DNA from: Patescibacteria group bacterium
Lineage (GTDB): Bacteria > Patescibacteriota > Patescibacteriia > Veblenbacterales > UBA10138
Length of the DNA: 27,465 nucleotides
Direction: 5' to 3'
NCBI GenBank assembly: GCA_038061115.1
Contig: JBBTZY010000165.1
Span: 1 to 27,465 of the forward strand
Part shown: positions 8,476-17,865 of the stretch, piece after piece
Layout of the letters: each line of letters starts with the position of its first letter
Numbering within the stretch: position 1 is the stretch's first letter
Notes under the pieces: generated by a model
What the model was told of the DNA's origin: nothing
The model's input: the letters and a program-made list of their open reading frames with translations, nothing else
Databases searched by the model: none
Program-made: the position numbers and the translations under genes

Positions 8476-9075
8476 CTACCCTCCAACCAACTTCGCTTGA
8501 ATCAATTCCTTAAGTTTACTCCAATCTTCTACTTTCTCACCATTCAAGAAAAAAGTTGGTGTACCATTTACATTTCTTTTATCCCCTTCTTTCATTTCCT
8601 CACGCACCACTTTATTTTTAGCACGTGAATCAAGACAAGCCGCAAAATCATCCGCCTTAAGTCCAAGCTGACCAGCGTAGGCCTTTAAGTCTTCGGGTGA
8701 AAATTGCGGTTGCTTCTCAAACAAAATATCGTGGTATTCCCAAAATTTACCTTGATCATTAGCACATTCGGAGGCCAGTGCCGCACGGAAGGCCTGCGTG
8801 TGAATAGTAAGTAAAGGGAAATGACGATAGCTAAATTTTATTCTACCGCCTAAAGTTTCAATCAAATCCTTAACTATTGGTTGAGCCGCTTTACAAGCTG
8901 GGCATTGAAAATCAGAAAATTCTTCCACCACCACACTTGAATCAGCTAATCCTAAAAATGGTCGGGGTGAATTTACCTCCGGGTATTTTGGTGTATCGGT
9001 TTTACTAAATTGCCACAAACCAATTAAAACTACTACTATTACAACTAGGGCAATAATTAAATTTTTCTTATTCAT
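8476..9075 (-). CDS. DsbA-family thiol-disulfide oxidoreductase (CPAC), N-terminal TM anchor
   Basis: EFSDFQCPAC, YRHFPL, and the cis-Pro loop GTPTFF. Confidence 0.92.
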   Translation of the reverse strand: MNKKNLIIALVVIVVVLIGLWQFSKTDTPKYPEVNSPRPFLGLADSSVVVEEFSDFQCPACKAAQPIVKDLIETLGGRIKFSYRHFPLLTIHTQAFRAALASECANDQGKFWEYHDILFEKQPQFSPEDLKAYAGQLGLKADDFAACLDSRAKNKVVREEMKEGDKRNVNGTPTFFLNGEKVEDWSKLKELIQAKLVGG

Positions 9076-9087
9076 AGTTGAATTATA

Positions 9088-9214
9088 TTAAATTCTAAAT
9101 ACTAATATCTAAACTCTAAACAATATCAAAACCCAAAATTAAAATGTTTAAAACTTTTGAATTTTACATATTTGGATTTATTTAGGATTTAGTGCTTCGG
9201 ATTTAGGATTTTAA
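9088..9214. repeat. AAATGTTTAA-core hairpin element; apparent gene-less copy of the four-helix-bundle cassette
   Basis: 9115-9130 TCTAAACAATATCAAA equals the start context of the 21415-21783 gene; 9142-9153 AAATGTTTAAAA equals its stop context. Confidence 0.8.
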
Positions 9215-9218
9215 CATC

Positions 9219-9995
9219 TTACTTCGCCAACTCTTGATCCACCACGGCTTTCAACTGTTCAAACGGCACGGCGCCCTCCACGGGAGTACCATTTACAAAT
9301 GTAGTTGGCGTACCACCTACCCCAAAACCAGCCCCCTCTTGTAAATCAGTTTGTACTTTGGCGGCAAATTCGCCGTCATCTAAACATTTCTGAAATTTGG
9401 TTTGATCCACACCTACTTCTTTTGCTAGCGGGCCAAGCTTATCCAAAGCAAAACCAGTACCACCAACGGTGCTGCGTTCAAAAATTTTATCAATAAAACT
9501 CCAATACTTGTCAGCCCCACCCAACTTGCCTACGCATTCCGAAGCTTCGGCCTCTTTTTGAGCATTAGCGTGGAATGATAATGGGAAGTGACGGTAAATT
9601 AAACGCACCTTACCTTTGTAATCATTCATTAACTTAAGCACACCCGGATGAAATCTTTTACAAAATGGGCATTCTAAATCAGAGTACGTAATTACAGTAA
9701 CCGGCGCATTTTTACTACCACGAATATAATCTGATGATTTTACTTTAATGTCTTGCTTCCCAAGAGGTGGTGGAGGCACCTCTCCACCCGGCGCATTAGG
9801 CACACCGGCTTGTGGCGATGGATTAACTGCCAAATTATTACCGAGTTTTGCTAATAACCCTGGGGTGGCGGAAGTAGCTATTAGCACAAAACCAATTAAA
9901 CTCACAGCCGCTACACCGCTAACTAACCCCATAATAAAAGTAAACTTGGGTGAAGCGCCGGCAAACAAACTTGGCTTGTTGTAAAGTTCAGACAT
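9219..9995 (-). CDS. DsbA-family thiol-disulfide oxidoreductase (CPFC), TM anchor and Pro-rich linker
   Basis: YSDLECPFC, YRHFPLSFH, GGTPTTF. Confidence 0.92.
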   Translation of the reverse strand: MSELYNKPSLFAGASPKFTFIMGLVSGVAAVSLIGFVLIATSATPGLLAKLGNNLAVNPSPQAGVPNAPGGEVPPPPLGKQDIKVKSSDYIRGSKNAPVTVITYSDLECPFCKRFHPGVLKLMNDYKGKVRLIYRHFPLSFHANAQKEAEASECVGKLGGADKYWSFIDKIFERSTVGGTGFALDKLGPLAKEVGVDQTKFQKCLDDGEFAAKVQTDLQEGAGFGVGGTPTTFVNGTPVEGAVPFEQLKAVVDQELAK

Positions 9996-10098
9996 AAATT
10001 GATGTGAATAATAAATAAATGGTTAAATAAAGTATTTTAAGTATAACATAAAATTTTAAATGCCAAAAGGATATGTTTTAAATCTGAAATCCGAATAT

Positions 10099-10198
10099 CT
10101 AAATCTTATTCATTAGAACACTAGAGCATTTAAACATTAGAACATTATTAATAAAAAACTTTTTGTTCTTATGATCTAGTGATCTAATGTTCTAGTGA
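10099..10198. repeat. 8-nt-period (TAGAACAT/TAGAACAC) hairpin element, copy A
   Basis: About 95% identical to the reverse complement of 11711-11809. Confidence 0.88.
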
Positions 10199-10210
10199 TA
10201 ATTATTACAC

Positions 10211-10924
10211 TCATTTACTAAACCTTTCTTTAATCGCCGCTTGGATAATTTTTTGCCAATCATTTTTACTTATTACGCCTTCAATTTTACGCCCATTCAC
10301 AAACCAAGTGGGCGTACCACGCACTCCGGCGCGAAAGCCAGCTTCTAAATCATCTTTCATTTCCATTAAACCACTTTTATTATTACGACAAGTCTCAAAA
10401 GCAGTTAAATCTAATTTTAGATTTTTAGCCAATTCATCATAAAGCGCCTCGCTTAATTTTTCTTGACTTCCAAATAATAAATCATGATACTCCCAGAATT
10501 TTTTTTGCTTAGCAGCACAATTTGCTGCCACAGCTGCCGATACAGCTTGGGCATGAATTTCAACCACTGGATAATCACGATAAATTAAACGCACCGCCTC
10601 AGAATTATTTTTAGCTACGGCGCGAATGATTGGCGCGGCCGCGCGACAATACGGACATTCAAAATCACCAAATTCCACTATTACCACTGGTGCATCGGTT
10701 GGGCCGAGCTGGGGATCATCGGTAGTTTCAACTTGTACCAAACCTTGATTTTTAGCTTCGCTTTGCCCCGGACGCACCGTAAAACCAGTGCCCGTAATTT
10801 GACCCGGCCACAACCAATTAAATAACACCGGCACGCCAAACCAAAAAATGATGAGAATAATAAGCCACAGCCACCAATGGTGGAACCAGGACTTAGATGT
10901 GTTCGAAAAAATATTGATTGACAT
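10211..10924 (-). CDS. DsbA-family thiol-disulfide oxidoreductase (CPYC), TM anchor
   Basis: FGDFECPYC, YRDYP, RGTPTWF. Confidence 0.92.
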   Translation of the reverse strand: MSINIFSNTSKSWFHHWWLWLIILIIFWFGVPVLFNWLWPGQITGTGFTVRPGQSEAKNQGLVQVETTDDPQLGPTDAPVVIVEFGDFECPYCRAAAPIIRAVAKNNSEAVRLIYRDYPVVEIHAQAVSAAVAANCAAKQKKFWEYHDLLFGSQEKLSEALYDELAKNLKLDLTAFETCRNNKSGLMEMKDDLEAGFRAGVRGTPTWFVNGRKIEGVISKNDWQKIIQAAIKERFSK

Positions 10925-10954
10925 AGTTATAAATATTAAATCCTAAATCATTAC

Positions 10955-11040
10955 GTCTCGAATCACGAATAACGAATTACGAATCAAGATAAGTACTACT
11001 AACATTCGTGATTCTTAATTCTTGATTCTAGATTCGGGAC
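10955..11040. repeat. 86-nt GATAAGT-core heptamer hairpin element
   Basis: GTCTCGAA-(ACGAAT-type 7-mers)-AGATAAGTAC-(ATTCTT-type 7-mers)-TTCGGGAC. Confidence 0.88.
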
Positions 11041-11050
11041 AAATCGTCTA

Positions 11051-11077
11051 TGAATTCCGAATTAAATCCGGAATGAT
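11051..11077. repeat. Degenerate ATTCC...GGAATGA REP variant
   Basis: ATTCC-GAATTAAATCC-GGAAT-GA; same ends as the ATTCCC-N8-GGGAAT-GAC copies with a 1-nt longer centre. Confidence 0.5.
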
Positions 11078-11112
11078 AAAAATATTAACTCCCACTATAT
11101 CCTCTTATTAAA

Positions 11113-11685
11113 CTACACCTTCTTCTTCAACTGTCTTCGAATATAAATATTCAGCCCCACAATTACCGCCACCACAATCCCCGCCGCGAGAGTTACATCG
11201 CGTAATGCATGTTGTAGTACCGAAAAACTGGCGCCAAATACGTAACCTAGTAAGCTAAATAAAATCGCCCACAGTAAACTAACTGGTACATCAACTTTAA
11301 GAAATTCACGCCAACTCATTTGAGCAATTCCCGCCACAATTATCGAAGCGTGACCAAAACTATAAATAAATTTAGTGACAAATAATGTCTTTTTGCCATT
11401 CTCAGCAAAATGCCCTTCCAACCACTGTAAACGGTTGCGAGTAATCCACAGCACTCGGCCCCAGCGTAGCAAACAAGCTCGCCCCCATTTTCGCGCTATC
11501 CAAAACCAAATTATATCACCAATCACCGCACCCACAAAAGTTATTAAAATTACTAACCACAATTCAAGTAGCCCGAGCGACGCCGCCGCACCAGCCACTA
11601 GTGGAAAAATTTCACCTTCCACCACCACACCTAAAAAAAGTAGTGGGTAACCGTATTGGACAATAAGAGCGAGAATGGTTTCCAT
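11113..11685 (-). CDS. DedA/SNARE-associated family membrane protein
   Basis: VEGEIFP, GAVIGDIIWFWIARKWG, typical DedA hydrophobic layout, 190 aa. Confidence 0.88.
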   Translation of the reverse strand: METILALIVQYGYPLLFLGVVVEGEIFPLVAGAAASLGLLELWLVILITFVGAVIGDIIWFWIARKWGRACLLRWGRVLWITRNRLQWLEGHFAENGKKTLFVTKFIYSFGHASIIVAGIAQMSWREFLKVDVPVSLLWAILFSLLGYVFGASFSVLQHALRDVTLAAGIVVAVIVGLNIYIRRQLKKKV

Positions 11686-11710
11686 GGTTGTTTAGTAAGA
11701 GTAATAATTT

Positions 11711-11809
11711 TCACTAGAACATTAAATCACTAGAACATAAGAACAAAAAGTTTTTTATTAAAATGTTCTAATGTTTAAGTGTTCTAGTGTTCTAATGAAT
11801 AAGATTTAG
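11711..11809. repeat. 8-nt-period hairpin element, copy B (inverted relative to copy A)
   Basis: 4 substitutions plus 1 indel versus the reverse complement of 10099-10198; overlaps the gatA stop. Confidence 0.88.
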
Positions 11810-13275
11810 GATTTTATTTCTGGTGTTAACTTTATCCACTCTGTTGCCTGTTCATAATTATACGCCACTTTCAAAATCTTCTCTTCCTGCCACATATTGC
11901 CAATCAACTGTAACCCTACTGGTAATCCATCTGATAATCCACAGGGCACGGAAATAGCTGGCAACCCTGCGATATTCACGGGCACAGTATAAACATCAGC
12001 CAAATACATAGCGAGTGGATCTTGATTTTTACTCCCCAGCTCAAAAGCGGTAGTTGGTGTAGTTGGTGTGGCGAGTATATCTACTTCTTTAAATACGCGA
12101 TTAAAGTCATTCTTAATTGCTTGGCGTGCGGCGAGGGCTGACTTATAATAAGCATCATAATAACCAGCTGATAAAACAAATGTGCCTAGCATTATGCGAC
12201 GTTTTACTTCGCGTCCAAAAAGTTCGCCCCGAGTTTTCGCTAAAGTACTTAACAAATCTGCTTCTCTTAAACTTTCTCCATATTTCAAACCATCAAAGCG
12301 CGCTAAATTTGTACTCACTTCGGCTGGACATAAAATATAATAAGCGGCCAGAGCATACGGCATGCTTGGCAAACTAACGGGGATAATTTCCGCGCCCAAC
12401 TCGGCTAATTTATCAATCGCCTCTTCAACTACTTTTTTTACATCGGCTGATAATCCTTCGCCAAAAAATTCTTTAGGCACACCAATTTTTATTTTTTTAA
12501 TATCTTTATTTAATAATGATGGATAATCAGGCACTACTGATTTGACACTCGTGGCGTCTTTTTCATCAAATCCTGCTATTATTTTTAGTAATAATGCGGC
12601 ATCGGCTACAGTATGAGTAAAAGGCCCAACTTGATCAAGTGACGAAGTCATCGCCATTATACCAAAACGTGACACTCGACCATAAGTTGGTTTAAGACCA
12701 ACCACACCACAAAATGCCGCGGGTTGACGAATGGATCCGCCCGTATCAGTGCCTAGCGCTATAGGTGCAAATCCAGCCGCTACCGCCGCCGCGCTACCGC
12801 TAGATGAACCACCGGGTACGCGAAGTACATCCCACGGATTATGGGTCGGAAAAAATCCTGAATTCTCTCCTGAAGCGCCCATGGCAAATTCATCGCAATT
12901 AGTTTTACCAATTACTATTGCGCCAGCATTTTCTAACTTCTCTACTACCGTAGCTGAATATGGCGGTACATAATTTTTTAAAATTTTAGAACCAGCGGTA
13001 GTAGTTATGCCGCGGGTTACAATAATATCTTTGACCGCGATTGGTACGCCAGCCAGTTCGCCTGCTTCTTCACCGCTAGCAATTTTTTCATCAATTTCAT
13101 CGGCTCGACTTAATGCTTGCTCTGAAGCCAAAGTTAAATAAACACCTAATGATTTTTTAGACGTAAAATCAGCCGTTGATTTTTTTAAATAATCAGATAC
13201 TACCTCACGTGCAGTCACAGCTTGTGATTTTATTTTCTGACTTAATTCAGATAAATTGTATTGGGTTAAAGACAT
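11806..13275 (-). CDS. gatA: Asp/Glu-tRNA(Asn/Gln) amidotransferase subunit A
   Basis: Amidase signature PGGSSSGSAAAVA, GTDTGGSIRQPA, EVKRRIMLGTFVLSAGYYDAYY. ATG 13275 is preferred over TTG 13290. Confidence 0.97.
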   Translation of the reverse strand: MSLTQYNLSELSQKIKSQAVTAREVVSDYLKKSTADFTSKKSLGVYLTLASEQALSRADEIDEKIASGEEAGELAGVPIAVKDIIVTRGITTTAGSKILKNYVPPYSATVVEKLENAGAIVIGKTNCDEFAMGASGENSGFFPTHNPWDVLRVPGGSSSGSAAAVAAGFAPIALGTDTGGSIRQPAAFCGVVGLKPTYGRVSRFGIMAMTSSLDQVGPFTHTVADAALLLKIIAGFDEKDATSVKSVVPDYPSLLNKDIKKIKIGVPKEFFGEGLSADVKKVVEEAIDKLAELGAEIIPVSLPSMPYALAAYYILCPAEVSTNLARFDGLKYGESLREADLLSTLAKTRGELFGREVKRRIMLGTFVLSAGYYDAYYKSALAARQAIKNDFNRVFKEVDILATPTTPTTAFELGSKNQDPLAMYLADVYTVPVNIAGLPAISVPCGLSDGLPVGLQLIGNMWQEEKILKVAYNYEQATEWIKLTPEIKS

Positions 13276-13290
13276 AGTATTTAATTTCAA

Positions 13291-13380
13291 ATCAAATCCA
13301 AATAACTAAATGTTTAAAAATTTTGAATTTGTGATTTTGGATTTATTTGTGATTTAGGGTTTCGGATTTAGGATTTTTTG
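13291..13380. repeat. AAATGTTTAA-core heptamer hairpin element
   Basis: Core at 13308-13317; right arm TTTGGATTT...TTCGGATTTAGGATTT. Confidence 0.75.
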
Positions 13381-13384
13381 TTCC

Positions 13385-13410
13385 TGGATTCCCGCCTCCG
13401 CGAGAATGAC
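13385..13410. repeat. REP-like palindrome ATTCCC-N8-GAGAAT (one mismatch)
   Basis: TGG-ATTCCC-GCCTCCGC-GAGAAT-GAC. Confidence 0.85.
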
Positions 13411-13426
13411 GACTACTACAAGTCAC

Positions 13427-13714
13427 CTACTCCCCAAATACTGGCGGAACTACTACCATATTATTTTCATTCTCGGGTGCTTGTTTAATTAATTCACTGC
13501 CCTCACCCCATACTTTTACTTCATCGGCCCGCGCTACATTTTTATAATTAACACCCGTGGCTTGTAGCTTGGTAACTGGCTTAACTTCCTGCACTTTCAC
13601 CACATAACCTAAAATACTCTGTAAATCTTCCGCCAGAGTACTTTTTTCCTTTGTATTTAACTCTAACCGCGCTAAATGAGCGAGTTTTTCTATATTAATA
13701 GTTTCAGTGGACAT
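13427..13714 (-). CDS. gatC: Asp/Glu-tRNA amidotransferase subunit C
   Basis: IEKLAHLARLEL...LQSILGYV...R.DEV...AP......VVP pattern; 95 aa; directly upstream of gatA. Confidence 0.95.
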   Translation of the reverse strand: MSTETINIEKLAHLARLELNTKEKSTLAEDLQSILGYVVKVQEVKPVTKLQATGVNYKNVARADEVKVWGEGSELIKQAPENENNMVVVPPVFGE

Positions 13715-13744
13715 AATGATATTGTAATGGAAAATTAGTAATAA

Positions 13745-13870
13745 TGGAATATAAAATTAAAATGACTAATGTCTAATTACTAATTTCTAAAAAAACCTAA
13801 ATTCAAATGTCTAATTTTAATAATTTTAGTTATTAGTCATTTTTAGAAATTAGAGCTTAGTTATTAGTGA
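13745..13870. repeat. CTAATTT/AAATTAG heptamer hairpin element
   Basis: AATGACTAA...CTAATTTCTAA left arm versus TTAGTCATT...TTAGAAATTAG right arm. Confidence 0.7.
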
Positions 13871-13871
13871 T

Positions 13872-15869
13872 TCAAACACTAATCATTCTCATTAATTCTT
13901 CCTCACTCAACACCTTCACTCCCAATTTCCTCGCTTTCTCCAATTTACTCCCCGCCTCTACGCCCGCCACCACGTAATCGGTTTTAACGCTTACACTCTC
14001 TGATACTTTGCCACCCGCAGCGATTATTTTTTGTTTCGCTTCATCACGCGTTAAATTTAATAATGTGCCAGTGAGCACAAAAGTTTTACCAACTAATCCA
14101 CCTGCTTGTTTTTTAGCGTCAGCAACTCGCACGCCATTTTTAAGTAAACGTTCAACTAACTGCTGACTTTTTTTATTATTTACAAATTCAAATAAACTTT
14201 GTGCTACCACTGGCCCTACATCACTAATTTTTTGAAATTCTGAAAATTCAACCGACATAAAATTGGCTAAACTTCCAAATTTTTCGGCTACCGCCCGTGC
14301 GGTTTGCTCACCCACATGCCTGATTCCCAAAGCATAAATAAATTTATCTAAAGAAATAGTACGCGCTTTATTTATTGCCTCAACTAATTTTACCGACGAT
14401 ACTTCGGCAAATCTTTCTAAGCCTACCAAATCAACTGGCTTAATAATAAATAAATCTGCCGCATCATGAATTTTACCTTCATCCATTAGTTGATCAATAA
14501 TTTGTGGGCCAAGTCCATCAATATTAAAAGCCGTACGCGATACAAAATGATACAAACCTTCGCGCCGTACACTTGGGCAATTTTTATTACTGCAATACCA
14601 CGCAACGAAATCTTCTTTTCTTTTGGTTTGCGAATTACAAACTGGGCAACTTTTAGGCATTTGCCAAATTTTTTCTTTCCCTGTTCGCAATTTAGGCAAT
14701 ACTTGCACTACATCAGGAATAATATCACCAGCTTTTTCAACAATCACTGTATCACCAATTCTAATATCAAGTCGTTTAATTTCATCTTCGTTATGCAAAG
14801 TAGCGCGCGATACCACAGAACCCGCAAGTTTTACTGGCGCAAGAACTGCCACTGGTGTAAGCACACCAGTACGCCCCACTTGAATAATAATATCTTGAAC
14901 TTGAGTGGTGCCTTGCTCCGCTGGGAATTTATAAGCTAACATCCATCTATCTGATTTTCCGACACTACCTAATTTCTTTTCTTGTTTAATGTCGTTCACC
15001 ACTAAAACCACACCATCGGTTTGATAAGGTAATTTCGCGCGAGAATTTTCCCATTGCTTTAAATATTTAGAAATAGATGACAAATCTGGAAGCGTTTTGC
15101 AATGAGGATTAGTTTTAAACCCGAGCTTATTTAATAACTCATGAACCTCAGCGTGTGTCGTTTGTCCTAAATCAGTCATCAATTCAAAGGCGTAAAATTC
15201 TAAATATCTCCCGGCAGTAATTTTAGGGTCAAGTTGACGAATTGTACCAGCCGCCAAATTACGCGGATTAGCAAAGGCAGGTAGATTATTTTTGCTTTGT
15301 ACTTGATTAATACGCTCCCATTCTTTTTTAGTAATTACCACTTCGCCCCGAATATCAAGGCGAGCTGGCAATTTTTTATTCATTTTTTCTAAAACCAGTG
15401 GCACACTTTCCATAGTACGCACGTTGCTGGTAACATCTTCCCCCCACTCGCCATCACCACGCGTAGCGGCACGTACTAATTGGCCATCTTGATATGTTAG
15501 CACCATTGATAACCCATCCATTTTTAATTCACCAAAATAGCCCAATATTTTGGCGCCCAGAATTTTTTCATTGCGCGTTTGCCAATCAGTGATTTCTTCT
15601 AAATCAAAAGCATCTTCAATTGAAATAATTGGCTGAAGATGTTTTACTTTTTTGAAATCAGGCGCAGGTTCACCGCCCACGCGCTGAGTGGGTGAATCAG
15701 CGGTAATAAATTCTGGGTATTCTTGTTCTAATTTATATAATTCGTGCTTTAAAGAATCAAGTGCCGAATCTGAAATAACCGGCTTATCGAGCACATGATA
15801 AAGATAGCGGTGGTGGTTGATTTCATCGCGTAGTTTTTTGATACGAATTTTGGTCTCACTTTTATTCAT
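13872..15869 (-). CDS. ligA: NAD-dependent DNA ligase
   Basis: Adenylation motif ELKMDG, NPRNLAAGTIRQLD, AYKFPAE, Zn finger CPVC...C....C, HhH region, BRCT (GKTFVLTGTL). Confidence 0.98.
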   Translation of the reverse strand: MNKSETKIRIKKLRDEINHHRYLYHVLDKPVISDSALDSLKHELYKLEQEYPEFITADSPTQRVGGEPAPDFKKVKHLQPIISIEDAFDLEEITDWQTRNEKILGAKILGYFGELKMDGLSMVLTYQDGQLVRAATRGDGEWGEDVTSNVRTMESVPLVLEKMNKKLPARLDIRGEVVITKKEWERINQVQSKNNLPAFANPRNLAAGTIRQLDPKITAGRYLEFYAFELMTDLGQTTHAEVHELLNKLGFKTNPHCKTLPDLSSISKYLKQWENSRAKLPYQTDGVVLVVNDIKQEKKLGSVGKSDRWMLAYKFPAEQGTTQVQDIIIQVGRTGVLTPVAVLAPVKLAGSVVSRATLHNEDEIKRLDIRIGDTVIVEKAGDIIPDVVQVLPKLRTGKEKIWQMPKSCPVCNSQTKRKEDFVAWYCSNKNCPSVRREGLYHFVSRTAFNIDGLGPQIIDQLMDEGKIHDAADLFIIKPVDLVGLERFAEVSSVKLVEAINKARTISLDKFIYALGIRHVGEQTARAVAEKFGSLANFMSVEFSEFQKISDVGPVVAQSLFEFVNNKKSQQLVERLLKNGVRVADAKKQAGGLVGKTFVLTGTLLNLTRDEAKQKIIAAGGKVSESVSVKTDYVVAGVEAGSKLEKARKLGVKVLSEEELMRMISV

Positions 15870-15889
15870 AATGAATAACTACTAATTGT

Positions 15890-16053
15890 ATTTAAATCCA
15901 AATTACAAAATCCAAATGTCAAATCAATATCAAATGAATAAATGACTAAATTTTGGGAATTGGGATTTGGGGCTTGGGAATTTAAGAGATTGCCACGCTC
16001 GTCTGATGACTCGCTCGCAATGACGTACTACGTGCTACCTGCTACCAGCTAAC
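15890..16053. repeat. Composite element: heptamer hairpin, GAGATTGC...CTCGCAATGAC REP (15986-16024) and CTAC-rich 7-mers
   Basis: Direct reading; the REP matches those at 17090, 19494 and inside pilD. Confidence 0.8.
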
Positions 16054-16905
16054 CTACTTTTTAACCTCCTGCTCCGAGAATAGTACATAATCAGCAATGC
16101 CATAAGCTGGGACAGAAGTAGGAATGCTAACTTGTACCGTATAACCCACATCGCCCTTTTTACCACGGGTTTTTAATTTTACATAATTATCAAATCCACA
16201 AATAACACAACCGTTGGGTATAATTTCTAAATCTTTAATATCACCACTAACTGCCCGAAAACGAACTTTTTGAGTAACCAACTGGGGAACATTAGGTGGA
16301 TCTAAACTAATAATTTGTCCTGTACATTGTCCTCCAGATGCGCCAGCACCACACGAATATGGTACGCCTATTGGATGTGGTTGACGTGTAACAATAGGTG
16401 TATTATCTGCAGTTTTATTAACATAAGTAATTACTAAGCTTGGATCAACGCCATCTCCCCGTTTCCAAGTAAACTGCAAACCAGTATAAGATCTTGGGTC
16501 AGCTGACGGAGGTGCTACATCAAGTTCAAAAGTTTGATCTGAAGATAAAATCGGCACACTAACATTGGGTGATGGAGAAAATGTTTGATTAAAATTTACT
16601 GATGTACAACCTAAATCAGAATTATCAACTGTTGAATTTACTGGACACTTTGGAGTATCGGCATCTGTAATAGGATTTATTTCGTTTAACTTCCTAGCAC
16701 TATATAACCCTTCTTCCAAAGCCGATTCGGCTTCGTAGTGCGCAATCATACCAGCATCTATCACCCGCGACTGACGAAGTTGGCTAGTCACAATTGAAGT
16801 CAAAGCCAAAGTTCCCACCATACCACCAGCGAGCATAAGGAGGGCGAGTAATAAAACATTGCCGCGGCGAGCAGTTGAACGATTATGAAAAAAGTTTATG
16901 AGCAT
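16054..16905 (-). CDS. PilX/GspK-like minor pilin
   Basis: Class III signal RRG|NVLLLALL without Glu5; AHYEAESALE PilX-type motif; 6 Cys. Confidence 0.8.
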   Translation of the reverse strand: MLINFFHNRSTARRGNVLLLALLMLAGGMVGTLALTSIVTSQLRQSRVIDAGMIAHYEAESALEEGLYSARKLNEINPITDADTPKCPVNSTVDNSDLGCTSVNFNQTFSPSPNVSVPILSSDQTFELDVAPPSADPRSYTGLQFTWKRGDGVDPSLVITYVNKTADNTPIVTRQPHPIGVPYSCGAGASGGQCTGQIISLDPPNVPQLVTQKVRFRAVSGDIKDLEIIPNGCVICGFDNYVKLKTRGKKGDVGYTVQVSIPTSVPAYGIADYVLFSEQEVKK

Positions 16906-16914
16906 AACTGTTTG

Positions 16915-17157
16915 AAAATTTCTAATTTCTAATCACTAATTTCTAAAAAATACTGAAATTTTTAATTTTAAATTTTTAATCAATAACTAAATGTTTAAAT
17001 ATTTTAAAATTAAGTCATCAAAAATTGATTTAAAATTATAAATTTAAAATTTAATCTTGGGGATTGGGATTTTGGTCTTGGGGATTTTTAAGATTGCTTC
17101 ACTCGTCTGATGACTCACTCGCAATGACTACCCGCTACGCGCTACTCGCTACCAACC
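16915..17157. repeat. Composite element: AT-rich heptamer arms, REP (17090-17128) and CGCTAC 7-mers
   Basis: AATAACTAAATGTTTAAA (16982-16999) is identical to 13301-13318; the REP is nearly identical to 15986-16024. Confidence 0.75.
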
Positions 17158-17757
17158 CTACCTAACATACGCTCTCGCCGACACGGTGGTTTGTAAATAA
17201 AACGCTTTAGTTTCAGATGGACGTGGATTTTTTGGTGCGTTGCTAGCTTTTAAAACTATGGTAACACGTGGTTGTTTGTCCTCTGTTGTTGACAATACAT
17301 TAGTAGGAAATGGATCAGTTAACGGTGAAACGTAAAATTGCAAATGTTCTACGGCTAAATTTTTTGAGGTGATAGATGAAACTGTGCCACCATCGCGACT
17401 TATCGTGGCACATTTATAAACTGTTCCACAAGTAACAGCGTCTGAATGAGCCAAAACCACAGGTGTACCAGATGGCGACTTAAGCGACAAAACATCTGTA
17501 TTTACAGGTAATGGCTGACCAGTATAATCAATAAAATCCGAGCGCACTTCCCGCGCGATTACTTCTAATAAATATCTAGCATCGGTAATTAATTCTTGAT
17601 TATCTCGCACCCTGCGCTGGGTAGTTTGCATATTCACAAAAATCCCGGCAATAAGTACACTGGCGAGAGCGAATAAGGCAAGAACGATTACGATTTCCAT
17701 TAGAGTGAAACCGGGGACACGCTTGGAAGTAAAAATATTAATCTTATAATTAAACAT
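17158..17757 (-). CDS. PilW/GspJ-like minor pilin
   Basis: G|FTLMEIVIV prepilin motif; ARYLLEVIAREVR; C-terminal LQTTVSAR; 2 Cys. Confidence 0.85.
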   Translation of the reverse strand: MFNYKINIFTSKRVPGFTLMEIVIVLALFALASVLIAGIFVNMQTTQRRVRDNQELITDARYLLEVIAREVRSDFIDYTGQPLPVNTDVLSLKSPSGTPVVLAHSDAVTCGTVYKCATISRDGGTVSSITSKNLAVEHLQFYVSPLTDPFPTNVLSTTEDKQPRVTIVLKASNAPKNPRPSETKAFYLQTTVSARAYVR

Positions 17758-17779
17758 AGTTTATATACCAATTATTTAT

Positions 17780-17865
17780 GTCTCGAATCTAGAAGCTAGA
17801 ATTTCGAATTTAGATAAGTACAGTACTAATTCTAGATTCTAACTTCTAGATTCTAGATTCTAATC
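17780..17865. repeat. 86-nt GATAAGT-core heptamer hairpin element (TAGAA type)
   Basis: GTCTCGAA...AGATAAGTACAG...TTCTAATC. Confidence 0.88.

Noticed and set aside
11806-15869. gatC-gatA without gatB, next to ligA
   Set aside because: Split gat operons and ligA-gatCA synteny are ordinary; gatB is probably elsewhere.
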